A DNA stretch of 64,000 nt. Source: Penicillus capitatus. Its lineage: Eukaryota; Plantae; Chlorophyta. The DNA lies in the NCBI GenBank assembly GCA_965649825.1, contig OZ287699.1:1146477-1210476 (forward strand). Reading direction: 5' to 3'. Each line of letters opens with the position of its first letter. The stretch's first letter is position 1. The translations under genes and the position numbers were made by a program. Below, one piece after another: positions 11,293 to 21,895 of the stretch. The notes below the pieces were generated by a model that did not search any database, was not told the origin of the DNA, and worked only from the letters and a program-made list of their open reading frames with translations.

Positions 11293-12437
11293 TCAGTCGA
11301 CTCCCGAGGTGAACGTTCGTCTGAAAACTGAGAAAATGTTCCATCCTGTAGATTCTGCATTCGCTTCCTGTGACCCCTCCGTTTTCTGATGCGCATCCGA
11401 TGTCGTCGGATCCGCTGACGCAACCGCATCAGTCCGCGCTTGTGGACAATCCTTGGCCAGATGCCCCTTGCATCGGCACATGTAGCATAACCGACCGCGC
11501 TTGATGGCACCTCCGCCATTATCTGCCGCGTCGGCTGCTCTCGTCCGTCGTCGGCGCGGGAACCGCCCAAGATCGTGCAAGACGCGCTTCATCTGTAGCA
11601 ACGTCCTTTCACTTCGTCGCCCCTCAGCTGGTCTCTTCGCCACCATCTCAGCTGTCCTTTCACCGCTCGTCTGCACATTCTCCTGTAGTGTCTTCACCTC
11701 GTCGGTCAGCGGCCGAAGACAAGGCACCAAATCAGGTGCTTGAATAAAATGCTTCTTGGCCTCTTCGCAGGCCGTCTCTGTCTCTACGAGCTTCTTCTGT
11801 AGAGAGGAGGCTTCTACGCGCGCCTCGTTGACGTCTCGTCGAGCCTCGACGATGCCCCGTTCTGCCTCGGAAATGTCTTGTTGTAGCTTTTTGTTGAGCC
11901 CTTTCAACCATTCACTCTCCCTGGCCGCGTCAGCACATGCTTTCCGCACCTCAGACACGCTTTGCTGTTCACGCTGTAGAACCTTTTCCTTTCCTTCGCG
12001 TAATCTCTGCTTCGCCTCAGAGGCTCCTTTTCGCTCGACCTGCAACTGCTGTCGCAGTTGCACGTTCTCCATAGCCGTCTCAGACCGTACTCTTTGCGCC
12101 TCGGTGGCGTCTTGCCGCATCTGCTCATACGCATTCTCCACAGCGACCTCACGATCTCGTAGCTCTCGTCTTTCCTGCAGTCGCGGGCAAACGTATCCGA
12201 GGAACGCGACCATATCCGTCAGTGTCACCAACAAGAACTCCTCCTCGACAAGTCTGTCGGCAGTCGGCTTTATCCACACTCTATGTCCGCGAAATCTAGG
12301 GCATAGCCCTTCGTCTTCACCGACGTAGGCGAGGATGCTTTCAGTAACACTTTCGACGCCGTCGTCCACGATATAAAGCCCGCCTCTGCCTACCTCCCGA
12401 CCCTGCTCCGCCCCCTTTCTCTTCGTGTGTGACTCAT
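11293..12437 (-). CDS. Gag-like coiled-coil plus CCHC zinc-knuckle protein of the LTR element
   Basis: CYMCRCKGHLAKDC knuckle after a long coiled coil; ATG at 12437 joins in frame through a predicted 56-nt intron (12393-12338). Confidence 0.8.
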
Positions 12438-12591
12438 CCCTTGACCGTCGTCCCTGGGGCTTTCCTTACTGCGTCTAGTCGCCTAGACAGGACTCGTTCT
12501 CCAGTCAGGAGAGCGCAACGCACAAAGAAGCCGCGCAACGTCACAAAGACGGAGCCCCAACTGAGGAACGTATCAACGCTCCGAAACCACT

Positions 12592-12838
12592 TGTCGCCGG
12601 TCGGGTCGGACGAAAAAAGACAATCAGCGGAAGACTTTTTACACTGTTGGAGCAAGGTCCTGAGTGTTCAGAATGTGTCCTTATGTATGTGCGCGGTGAC
12701 GCGACGTTCCTAGGCAGGTGAATCACCCTAGCCTCAGAACCAGAGAAAATGGCCTCATGTGATTCAACCAAGACCCCTCCAGAATGTGGATCCATCGAAA
12801 ACGAGGCAGTCCCATCGCCAAACCAAATCTTGGCGACA
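12592..12838 (-). repeat. 5' LTR
   Basis: Direct repeat of 10982-11228, followed on the minus strand by a PBS-like sequence. Confidence 0.95.
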
Positions 12839-12843
12839 GCGAG

Positions 12844-14100
12844 AGCAAGGACGACCTCATCCTGGTCAACACTGCCACCAAGGCATGCCCCAGTCAAGTC
12901 GCCGCCACCCTGGACCCGTACAGCTCACCTCTAAGATCCACGCATCGCTGGCTGCCCACGAGAGCCGTGATAACGAACAGCTCCGCTTCATCGGCCTCCA
13001 CGAGCGTACCAGGGACTCGCTGCTGTTGGCTCCTGAAGGTCTTTGCTATGACATAAACTCCCCGTCGTCTTGTCTCTCGCAGATTGCTCGCTTTCAAGCA
13101 AAAGCCACCCCTTTAGATTTCCTGACAGCCCTAGCCCAAGACCTCGAAACTGTCCAGTGCCTCCTGACCCCTCTCTTCAACGTCATTCCGAAAGAGAGCC
13201 AAGCCTCTTCCAAACGAGCCCGCTGTAACATCGACGACATACAATCCTGCATTCGGTTCCACTGTATCGTGGCCCCGTCCACACCTGCTGCCCCGCCGCC
13301 TCCTCTCCCGGCAGAGAACACCACCGGGCACACCATCTCGACCCATTCATACCGTGCCGCCACCCCAAGAGACACCCCAAACACAGACCCCCGCCCAAGT
13401 GCAGCGACTCTCCCAGGCACGAGCGATCAGGAGCGGTCAAGGCCCAGATTCGATGCGACGAACGCAGCTTCAAGCTCTGTCCAGTGACCCTGAAGGGAGA
13501 CCGCTCATTATTCCGACAACTTGGCATCAGCCTAGAACGGACGTTGAAGATCACGCATCTGAAGGACTGCGTTGGAGACATCTGATCAGATCACGGCGGC
13601 AGATTCTACGTGCAAATCCGAGCAGAACTGCACAAGCAATTCGAGAAAGCGCTTGATCGCTGCCTAGAATGCGCCAGCGCCTGATGGGACCTAGAGCTAG
13701 ACGACATCGGAACTTTCACGGTCAACAACTTGTACCTCTCGCCAACAAAAGACAAGATCCCAGCGGTCATCAGCAATGTCGACAGGGACATTGACCCGGA
13801 AGCACCTATCGCAGCCATTGCAGAACAGAATGCATCCCGCTGGAAGATACCGACAGCAGAACTGGTAGAATCGCACTTCGCAGCCCCGCACCGTCTGAAT
13901 CGCAGGAAACGCGACTCCTCAGGACGGCCCCTTCCCGAATGGACACCGAGCAAGAATCTGAAAGTCTTCATATCGAAGACACTTCACGAGCAACTTCTTG
14001 GAGAGCACAAGGCCCCGTTCGCCACCCTGGATAATATGGTACCGCCAATCCGCCAGTTCGTTCGGTTTCCCAGTGTCCCGCGCGGAAACACCCGAGTGGC
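12844..14100 (+). mobile_element. Decayed non-LTR ORF1-like remnant, copy B
   Basis: LKDCVGDI*SDHGGRFYVQIRAE...SA*WDLELDDIGTF..IPAVISNVDRDIDPE; two in-frame TGA stops aligned with basic residues (R and K) in copy A. Confidence 0.5.
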
Positions 14101-14748
14101 CATTTCATTTATCTCTTCCCTGTCCAGCCATTTCTGCCTTTGAGTCTTGATGATCGTTGGTCTTGTACTGAACGCAGTCACGCCTCTGATGTTTAAACTA
14201 AAAGGCACTGTAAGCACGACCAATTCTAGGGCGGAAGCACAGCTCAGGGAGAGGGGTATTGGTCGTGCCACACCAATCGACAAAAGAGGAGGTGATGGCA
14301 ACCATCTGGGCATGTCTCAACTTCCTGCCAGAGCTCCTTCAAAACGACCACCGCCTGAAAATTCACCGCAGTCATCACAAGAAGGACGATTTACAAGAAA
14401 AACCTCACAAAATCTTTCAATGTTATTGAAGCCATGCCCTGGATTCAGCAATGATGGATAGACTGGAAAACCACAGGAAATCAATTCACCTCGTTCTCAC
14501 AAATCTGGTCCCCAGGGTGAAGCGCAGATCAAGTAGCAAACAAAGCCTTCGGCTGAACACTTCCTCGCACAACATGGAAGTACGGACCAACCACTCGGTT
14601 TTCGCTGAACTCGGCTGGTGCGAACGGAATAGCAGCTACTACCTCGACAGTCTCACCCAAGACCAACTGGAATGGAGACAAGGGAAGGTAAGTTCTTGAT
14701 CTATGCCCTACGCTAGTAAAAGAACACTTCCCCACAAGAAGACTTGCG

Positions 14749-14871
14749 CGCACCGACGACGGGTTCGTGAAGGAGCTCGTAGCAAATCGAGCACTCGAAT
14801 TCGGAAGCCAAATCCCCCTTCTCTGTGGATGGTGTCTCGTCACGATGCGCATCTTTGTTGTCGTGGGACAT
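14749..14871 (-). pseudogene. Truncated 5' exon of the RING gene
   Basis: MSHDNKDAHRDETPSTEKGDLASEFECSICYELLHEPVVG; homology stops at the start of intron 1. Confidence 0.85.
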
Positions 14872-15284
14872 CGAAGTGGCGTCGACTGCGGTGGAGCGAC
14901 GAAGTGACGGCAAGACCCTGTCGAGGTGGCGGTTTTTTCGATGGCGACGTCGTTGTCATCGCGATTGATGGCGATCGATCGACGGAACGACGATTCGATT
15001 CGCGATGCAGATTCTCGTGCGCATGGCGAGGAACGACCATGGCCGAAAAAGTCGCTCCGTCCGAGACCATCCATCACCGAAAGAGATACATTCACGTACA
15101 GGGCGCAAGATTGAAAGGTGTGAGATGATGCGACATGAGAATTAGATGATCGAAGGCGCCGCCGTCGAAGAGCAGCGATCAACCTGCGGGGGGTTCCTTG
15201 GATGAAGGAAGGGCGCTGTCTGCCTACCGTGTCCAGAACGAATCATCAATGCATGCGTGTCTGCGTCCTGTAGGACGCGTTGTG

Positions 15285-15654
15285 ATGAGGGTGAGGATCG
15301 CGTGAATAGTGTGAGATTTGTGCGAGAGTTGGCTGCAGGTGGAAATGATGACGCATCGTCTGCCACGCGGTTCAGAAGTGCGAGTGGACATCGATCGATC
15401 TGACACGCTGAGAGATGTGAAAGACAAGCTGGAAAAGGCAACAGGCGTGCCGGCGCGTTTCCAGAAGGCTCTGCTATCCGGCATCGGCGAACTTGGCATC
15501 TGAGACAGAGGGGCGATCGAACACATCATTCTCTGCCAATCTAGCAGTCGCTGAAATGCATCGAAGGGACAGGACCGGCATAATATTTGACAGATGTGGG
15601 ACGGCGAACAGCATGTCGTTGCCAGCGATGGGACACGAAGAGAAAGGACCTTGA
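15285..15654 (+). CDS. Small ubiquitin-like domain protein, copy 2
   Basis: Mirror of 5056-5425; TNIKFV changed to TGIIFD. Confidence 0.55.
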
Positions 15655-16212
15655 TGGCGTGATGTATTGTCTTGCTGTTACTGCGGGCGGCTTAAAACAC
15701 AGATCTCGGCTCATCACTTGATCATGGATCCTCCCGTGCGCGGAGAACGAATCATAAGGTGACACAGTGTCGGCGCGGCGCGTCTCGCCTCGAAGCAATG
15801 CGATCACACAAAAAAGGACTGGATTTCAGAAGGCGTCCTGTGCCTTTTTGCTTCTTTCAGGAAACAACATAGGACTGATTCGCCAAAAACCTGCAACTTC
15901 GACATGGCTTCTGCGCCAATCGGATGCAGTCAGACAACAAGGACTGGGTTTCAGATTCAATGACACAAAAAAGGACCGGCTCATCAAAAAGCTGCACACT
16001 TCAACAAGGCTCATGCATCGATCAGATGCAACGACACAAAAAGGGACTGGATTTCAGAAGGCGTCCTGCGCCTTTTTGCTTTCTTTGAATAACAACAGAG
16101 GACTGGTTCATCAAAATGAAATAAACTTCTCGAGGAAGACATGCAAACTGGTTCTCAAACAACTGACTTCCTCGTCTTTGCGAGACGGCAGAAACGTCTG
16201 GCCGTCAGGTTC

Positions 16213-17133
16213 TCATCTGAAAACGGACATGTGTGTGAGCAGGAGAATACGAATGAGAGTACTTCTGTGGGAGCGATGGCTTTTCAGATTTTCTACCGAG
16301 GATACATGTTTCCTTCAGCTCAAGCGGTTGTTCGCCTTCTTTCAGCCAACATCTATCTTCACTGCGATTCCATACCCATGAATCGCATCCTACGAAGAAG
16401 ACGAGAATGTTGCTCTATTCAAGACTTCAAGTCGTACTAGGGTCGGATTCACACAGCTGGCAACACACGTCCGGTTGAGTGACTGGATAAATTATCGCAT
16501 ACTTCCCTCCAATTGTGTTTAGTCCATAGACAGCGTTGCAGGAATCTCTTGTTTTCTATCCAACAGCGTGTGTTTTCTTTGGCTTTATGAAACGGCGTAA
16601 AAGAGAACTGGACGCACCATTTCGATTTCGTTGCGTCCCTGACATGCAGGGCAATTTTCTGGATCGGATGCGGCGGATTTGAGCCAACATTTGCCCGTCT
16701 CTGTGTTATACACATATGCTTTGCAGTCTAGTGTGCACAGAAATGGCATGGATGCGAGTTCTTGATAGATGGATCTTACAGGATCCCAAAAGGCGACATC
16801 TGTAGCAGCAGTTGCCCGCATTCCCGAGTCCATCGATCTCTTCAATATCGTTTCCTGCAGCCAGCGTTAAGTTTCATTCAAAAAAGAACAGCTTCACCTG
16901 GCCAGTTTGTTCCAGTATAGAAGTCGTCACAGCCTACAGTGATTGTTCAGAGGTCTTAGGAATCGCCTGTCGTGCGCACTTGGTTGGTTGACGACGCCGC
17001 CGCCGCTTCTTGCGCAAGGAGCGACTTCTTCAGACATGGCTCCCTGCGAAACTGTTGTGTTCTAGATACTCGCGAACAACAAGGATCTAACCGCAGCCGA
17101 GAGCAGCAGCGTCAATGCGACCGCGACGAGCAT
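16213..17133 (-). CDS. Secreted tandem PAN/apple-domain protein, copy 2
   Basis: Mirror of 3576-4496; splice sites and cysteines kept, several non-synonymous changes. Confidence 0.8.
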
Positions 17134-17585
17134 CTTGAGCCACAGCACTGCAGAAAAACACTTCGAGTTGGACTTTCGAGTTCGGTAACGAAGAAACGGC
17201 GAGGTCACGCGAAGCGAGAGATCGCAACGCGCAGTCGGCCGCCGGTAAAATGCGACGGCGACGAGCATTTCGAGCCACAGCACGGCAGAAAAACACTTCG
17301 AGTTGGACTTTCGAGTTCGGTAACGAAGAAACGGCGAGGTCACGCGAAGCGAGAGATCACAGCGCGCAGTCGGCCGCCGGTAAAATGCGTGCTGCTGAAC
17401 ATTTACGCGCCAGATAACTCGCCGACGACGATTTTCACGCGGTGTAACGCACCGACAAGACCTGAGCAAAGCGTTGGACAACGGTCGGAACTCGCCTTGG
17501 AAACCGATGAAAGCAGATCGCAGCACACGCATGCAGATCTCGGCTTTAATACCTCGATAATGTCTGTGATGACGAATCAACTGGA

Positions 17586-18040
17586 TTAGGAGGTTCTGGA
17601 ATCTTCTGCCTGTCGAACGTTCTCCGTCACGTCGTCCTTACCAGACTTCGGAAGGCTGTGGATTGCCGATGAGGATGGATCCCTGGACTGCAATCCGTCA
17701 ATCTGCACATTGAAAACAGCCGGTATCTCCGGCAGTTGACGAAGCGAGCACGCATGTGCGATCATCGTTCTCGCACTTGTGAGGTATCGCTGAAGGGCAA
17801 CCAACTTCACGTCTTTCGTTCCTCGGATCCTTTCCTATCTGTCAAAACGAGGATTCAAGTTCGGTGTTAACACTGAAAGCATCTAGGTGAGCTTGGGTGC
17901 CAGAAGGACATGTCTCACCACGAGGCAAGTAAAACAACAAAGTCGCGACGATGTCTTAGCGGAAGAAGCCAACGATGAGAGGATTGCCCGAGACGGCGAA
18001 TGGAAAACATGGAACAACAACTGAGCCTAGCAATTGGGGT
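17586..18040 (-). CDS. Hypothetical gene whose 3' end reads into the right arm
   Basis: ORF ...IPAVFNVQIDGLQSRDPSSSAIHSLPKSGK...* crosses the 17718 boundary; exon-like segments upstream. Confidence 0.35.
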
Positions 18041-18275
18041 TTCACATGGCAGATCGTTCACAAAACCACAGAAATCCATGGACGAAGAAGCGAAACAAGT
18101 CAAGATTCCATCCGAGGCAGCCGATGGAGGACCTGGAATACATGAGTTGTCGCGATCCCTTTTCCTTCCACCCTTCACCGTCTGGCGCTTCGAATCTTCT
18201 GCGCCGCATCGATCTCCGATTGTGGCACCTGCATGTCCTCTTTTATTCTGTTCCGATTACGATCGGCGTCATGAA

Positions 18276-19098
18276 TCATGCGCCTTCACGCCACGCAACC
18301 TGTTCCAAGAGGTCGGAGAGTTTTCGGATGGCTTCGTCCACAACCGTGTTCCTCTCTTCGATAAACTCTGGTCGGATGCCGCGTCCACTGTAAGTCAAGA
18401 CGGCACCAATGGATGCATAGACACCATCCACAACCTAGATGCTGTATTTTGGCCGGTTCATTCCTGCTTCTTGACGCACACCTCCGTTTCTCCCTTTTCT
18501 CCAAATCCCCCATATCGGATCGACACGCTCTGTTCCTTTTCACTACCGGATATCACGGCAGCCACAATGGGCGTCGCTTGGCCGACCATTCTCAGCCGAC
18601 GCGCCATTCCTGTCCTCGTACAGGCTTCAGTCATCCTTCTCTTCAGTGAAGTAGCTTACATCAACCTGGCAATTGCGGATTGAGCTCTCGGCGTTCGATG
18701 CTTCGCTGTGGCGTTTTTGCAACCAACTAAACCAACCAGGTCGTGCTTGTTTGAAACGGGAGTGTGTGTCTGACCTGTATTCGACGCAGCACGCTTCGGG
18801 CGTCGAGCAGGATGATCAGTGCCTGTTGGAATTCGAGATCCGGACGCACGGCCTTTCGTGTGACGTCTTCCAAGACATTCGCGTTGGTCTCTGGTTCCTC
18901 TGCCGACACCAGGGCCATAGGTATCAGGCTCAGCATTGCTCGTCGAGTCAAGAGATGACTCGGCGATATCTCGTCTTGCACGCGTGACAGTCCTCCATTC
19001 CTGCAAGGAGGCCGCGCTGCATCAGCGCCACTGTCCCGGTCCAGATTATGAGCTCGTGGAGTCGCAGAAGGCGAGATGCCGATCACGGTGAGGCGCAT
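18276..19098 (-). CDS. Putative thylakoid lumen protein (twin-Arg signal)
   Basis: Transit-like N-terminus, LTRRAMLSLIPMALVSAEE, helical body ALIILLDARSVLRRIQ; 3' exons approximate. Confidence 0.45.
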
Positions 19099-19136
19099 CG
19101 CGAATGCGTCATTGATCTTTCCATTTTGGCGAGCAG

Positions 19137-21884
19137 ATGATGAAGCGCACGAGAGCAGAAGCGAGCTCGGCGGCGGTCGATGATATCGAGCCCTCTCCTG
19201 CGACAGATCTCGTCGAATTCGAAGCGCTGGAAATCGACAGCGGCGGCAGCGACATTGGCAGCGAGGACCCAGCATCCAGTGACGAGGAGCTGGAGTCCCT
19301 TCCAGATGATTCAGAGAACGAAGCCGAAGATGCGCACCTTTCTTCAGAAGTGGACAGCGACGAGGGAGCCGAGTCCATCGATCTGGAAGAAATCAAAAGA
19401 GAAGGCGAAGAGATACTCAAATTACAAGAACGGTGCTCACTCTTCTCCTTTCACTGTGCATTGCCTCATCGGGCAATGGATGGTAGAGATCGATTGGGCA
19501 TCGGACACGATCCAGGAAGCGATTCCTCAGAAGATGAGCGCCGGAATCGCAACACGAGTCATCTCTCGGCATCGCGTCCTGTAGAAGATCGTGTGTGTTT
19601 GTGCAGTTGGCGATGTTCCATTGAAATGGTATCAGCACGAGGATCATATCGGCTACGACATAAACGGGAGAAAGATCACAAAATCCGAAAGAAAAGATCG
19701 GTTGGATCGCTTGTTGGAGAAGATGGACAAGGATGGGTTGGTGACAAGTTTTCACGATCCTTACAACGACGAAGAGGTTCAGATCTCGAGAGAGGACCTA
19801 AGAATGCTGTTGAATATCAAGAAAGGCAAACTGCCCGATGCACAGATGGAGCCATACTTTGAGTATCCCAACTGGTTCTCCAGCAAAATACGCATCCATC
19901 CCCTCTCGAATGCTCTCAAACCCAAGTCAAGGTTGTCAGACGCGGGGCATTCGAAGTGGGTGCCGGATGTTCTGTTTGCAGTTTTGTACCGTCACAGTAT
20001 GAAGAACGAAAGGTGGCTCAGTTGGTCCAGGCCTTAAAGTCTGGGATCACTAAGAAAGCAGATCGTGCGCCGCGAGATCCGGATGATCCGTATATGATCT
20101 GGGCAGAAGATGGAAGGTATGAACGCGAGGGTAGCCGATTGGCTTATCTGCAGCCACCGAAAAGACCGCTGCCTGGTCATGATGAATCGTACCATCCTCC
20201 TAAAGAATACCTCCCCACAAAAGCAAACGCCTCTCACTCTTTATAGACATTGAGACAGCTCTCATTTAGAGTGAGAAAAAAGCAATGGAGGAGCAGAATG
20301 AAAAATACAAAGAAGATTCGTATCCCAAGTTCATTCCGCAGTCTTTTGATTTTCTTAGAAAGGCGAGAAAAGCATAAGGCAAAATGGTAGAAATGAAGAT
20401 TGAGAAGTTTAGGTTCCTGGCTACGAGAGATATGCTCGGGAAGTTTTCGAGCGATGTTTGGACTTGTTTATGTGTCCCAGAATGAAACCTAGGCGACAGA
20501 ATCAGGCTACAGACAGACGGCAGCTCTTTCCGGACTTACCTAAACCCAAAGATCTCCAACCGTTTCCCACAGTGCTTTATCTCAAATACATTGGGCACAA
20601 AGGAAAGGTAAGGACGCTGCGATGATACACTCCCTGTTGAATAGCGCCTCTAGGTTCGATCTCTAAGCGTTGATCCTTCAGGTCAATGGCTCGTTTCTGG
20701 ATCCGATGATGGTACAGCCAAAGTGTGGGAAGTAGGTCACACATCTGATTAAAAAAGAGTGATTGGGTCCTTAGGTTTTGACAGGACGCTGTGTTTTTAC
20801 ATTCGCGAGCTCAACACCTGTCAGACGCGTTGTCTGGCATCCAAAGATGAAAGTGTTGTCGATTGTGGCGGGGAAGCATCTCATGCTGATACCTGTGGCC
20901 CTTCCTCAGTCAAGTCCATCTCTGCCCAAAAGCATTCTGAGAATCTCGGCAGCGGAGACGCGCGAAGATACTTCTGCGTTTGTGAAATGGTCGCAAAGAG
21001 CAGATGGTGGCATTGACGTCGAGCATCCTTTCTTGGTCGACGATGTTGCTTGGCACTCGCAGGGGGACTATTTTGCGACAGTTCAGCCGACGGGAGGCAC
21101 GAAAGTGAGTGAGCCCGCATGAAAACGCTGCGTATGTGATTTCTGGTATGCTCTCAGTCTGTCTTGATTCATCGTCTTTCGCACAAGGCAACACAGAATC
21201 CGTTTAAGAAGAGCCACGGAAAAATGGTGCAAGTGCACTTCCATCCAACAAAACCTCACTTCATCGTCCTGGCAGAAGATAGAGTATAAGTCCTATCACC
21301 AATGGCACATACACATCTTGTGCCATAGTTAAGGATCTACGATTTGATCAAACAGAAGATCGTGAAGAAACTCTCGATCAAGAGAAAGGGATCCATGACA
21401 TGTATGGATATGCATCGAGGTGCACAACTTGTTGCTGTCACATCAGCGATTCCCTTACTCGAATGAAATGGAACTGTAGGTGGCGAGAATCTGTTGGTGG
21501 GCGGAGAAGATAACCAACTCGCTTGGTACGATCTGGACTTATCCGTCCGTCCCTACAAGGCGCTGAAATTCCACAAACACGCCATTCGGAGTGTCCGCTT
21601 TCATCCAAGCTACCCACTCTTCGCCTCCGCATCCGACGATGCCACAGTCCAGGTCATACCGTTGTGTCGGATGATTATATATGGGCGAATGCATGATGTG
21701 ACAGGTCTTCCATGGTATGGTCTATGAGGATTTGACCATGAATGCTCTCATCGTCCCAGTGAAGATTCTTCGAGGACATACCTTTACCGATTTCTCTGGA
21801 GTATTGGATTGCATCTTTCATCCGACCCAACCATGGCTCTTTACAGCAGGGGGCGATGGGAACATTCATCTATACACCAATTGA
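19137..21884 (+). CDS. BOP1: Ribosome biogenesis protein BOP1/Erb1
   Basis: Acidic N-terminus, [45 protein letters not shown]40 repeats, [18 protein letters not shown]. Confidence 0.95.
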
Positions 21885-21895
21885 CAAGACATCTT

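Larger units (their letters stand above)
10982..12838 (-). mobile_element. Intact non-autonomous LTR retroelement (1857 bp), pol-less
   Basis: 247-bp LTRs at 10982-11228 and 12592-12838 with one mismatch; TGTCGCC...GGCGACA termini; 5-bp TSD GCGAG on both sides; PBS TGGTTTCGGAGC 2 nt after the 5' LTR; purine-rich GGCGGGAAGCGTGG before the 3' LTR. Confidence 0.95.
14749..17718 (-). repeat. Right arm (~2.97 kb) of the large inverted duplication
   Basis: Reverse complement of 2856-5962 with clustered substitutions and one fewer 135-bp unit. Confidence 0.95.

Noticed and set aside
15500-15510. Selenocysteine or recoded TGA in the Ubl gene
   Set aside because: Readthrough gives a second stop within about 15 codons and I see no SECIS; an intron explains it better
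2856-17718. Giant DNA transposon with 3-kb TIRs (the ends read TG...CA)
   Set aside because: No target-site duplication (flanks actggga / gccggta), no transposase, and the arms contain host genes truncated reciprocally, which fits an inversion-associated duplication better
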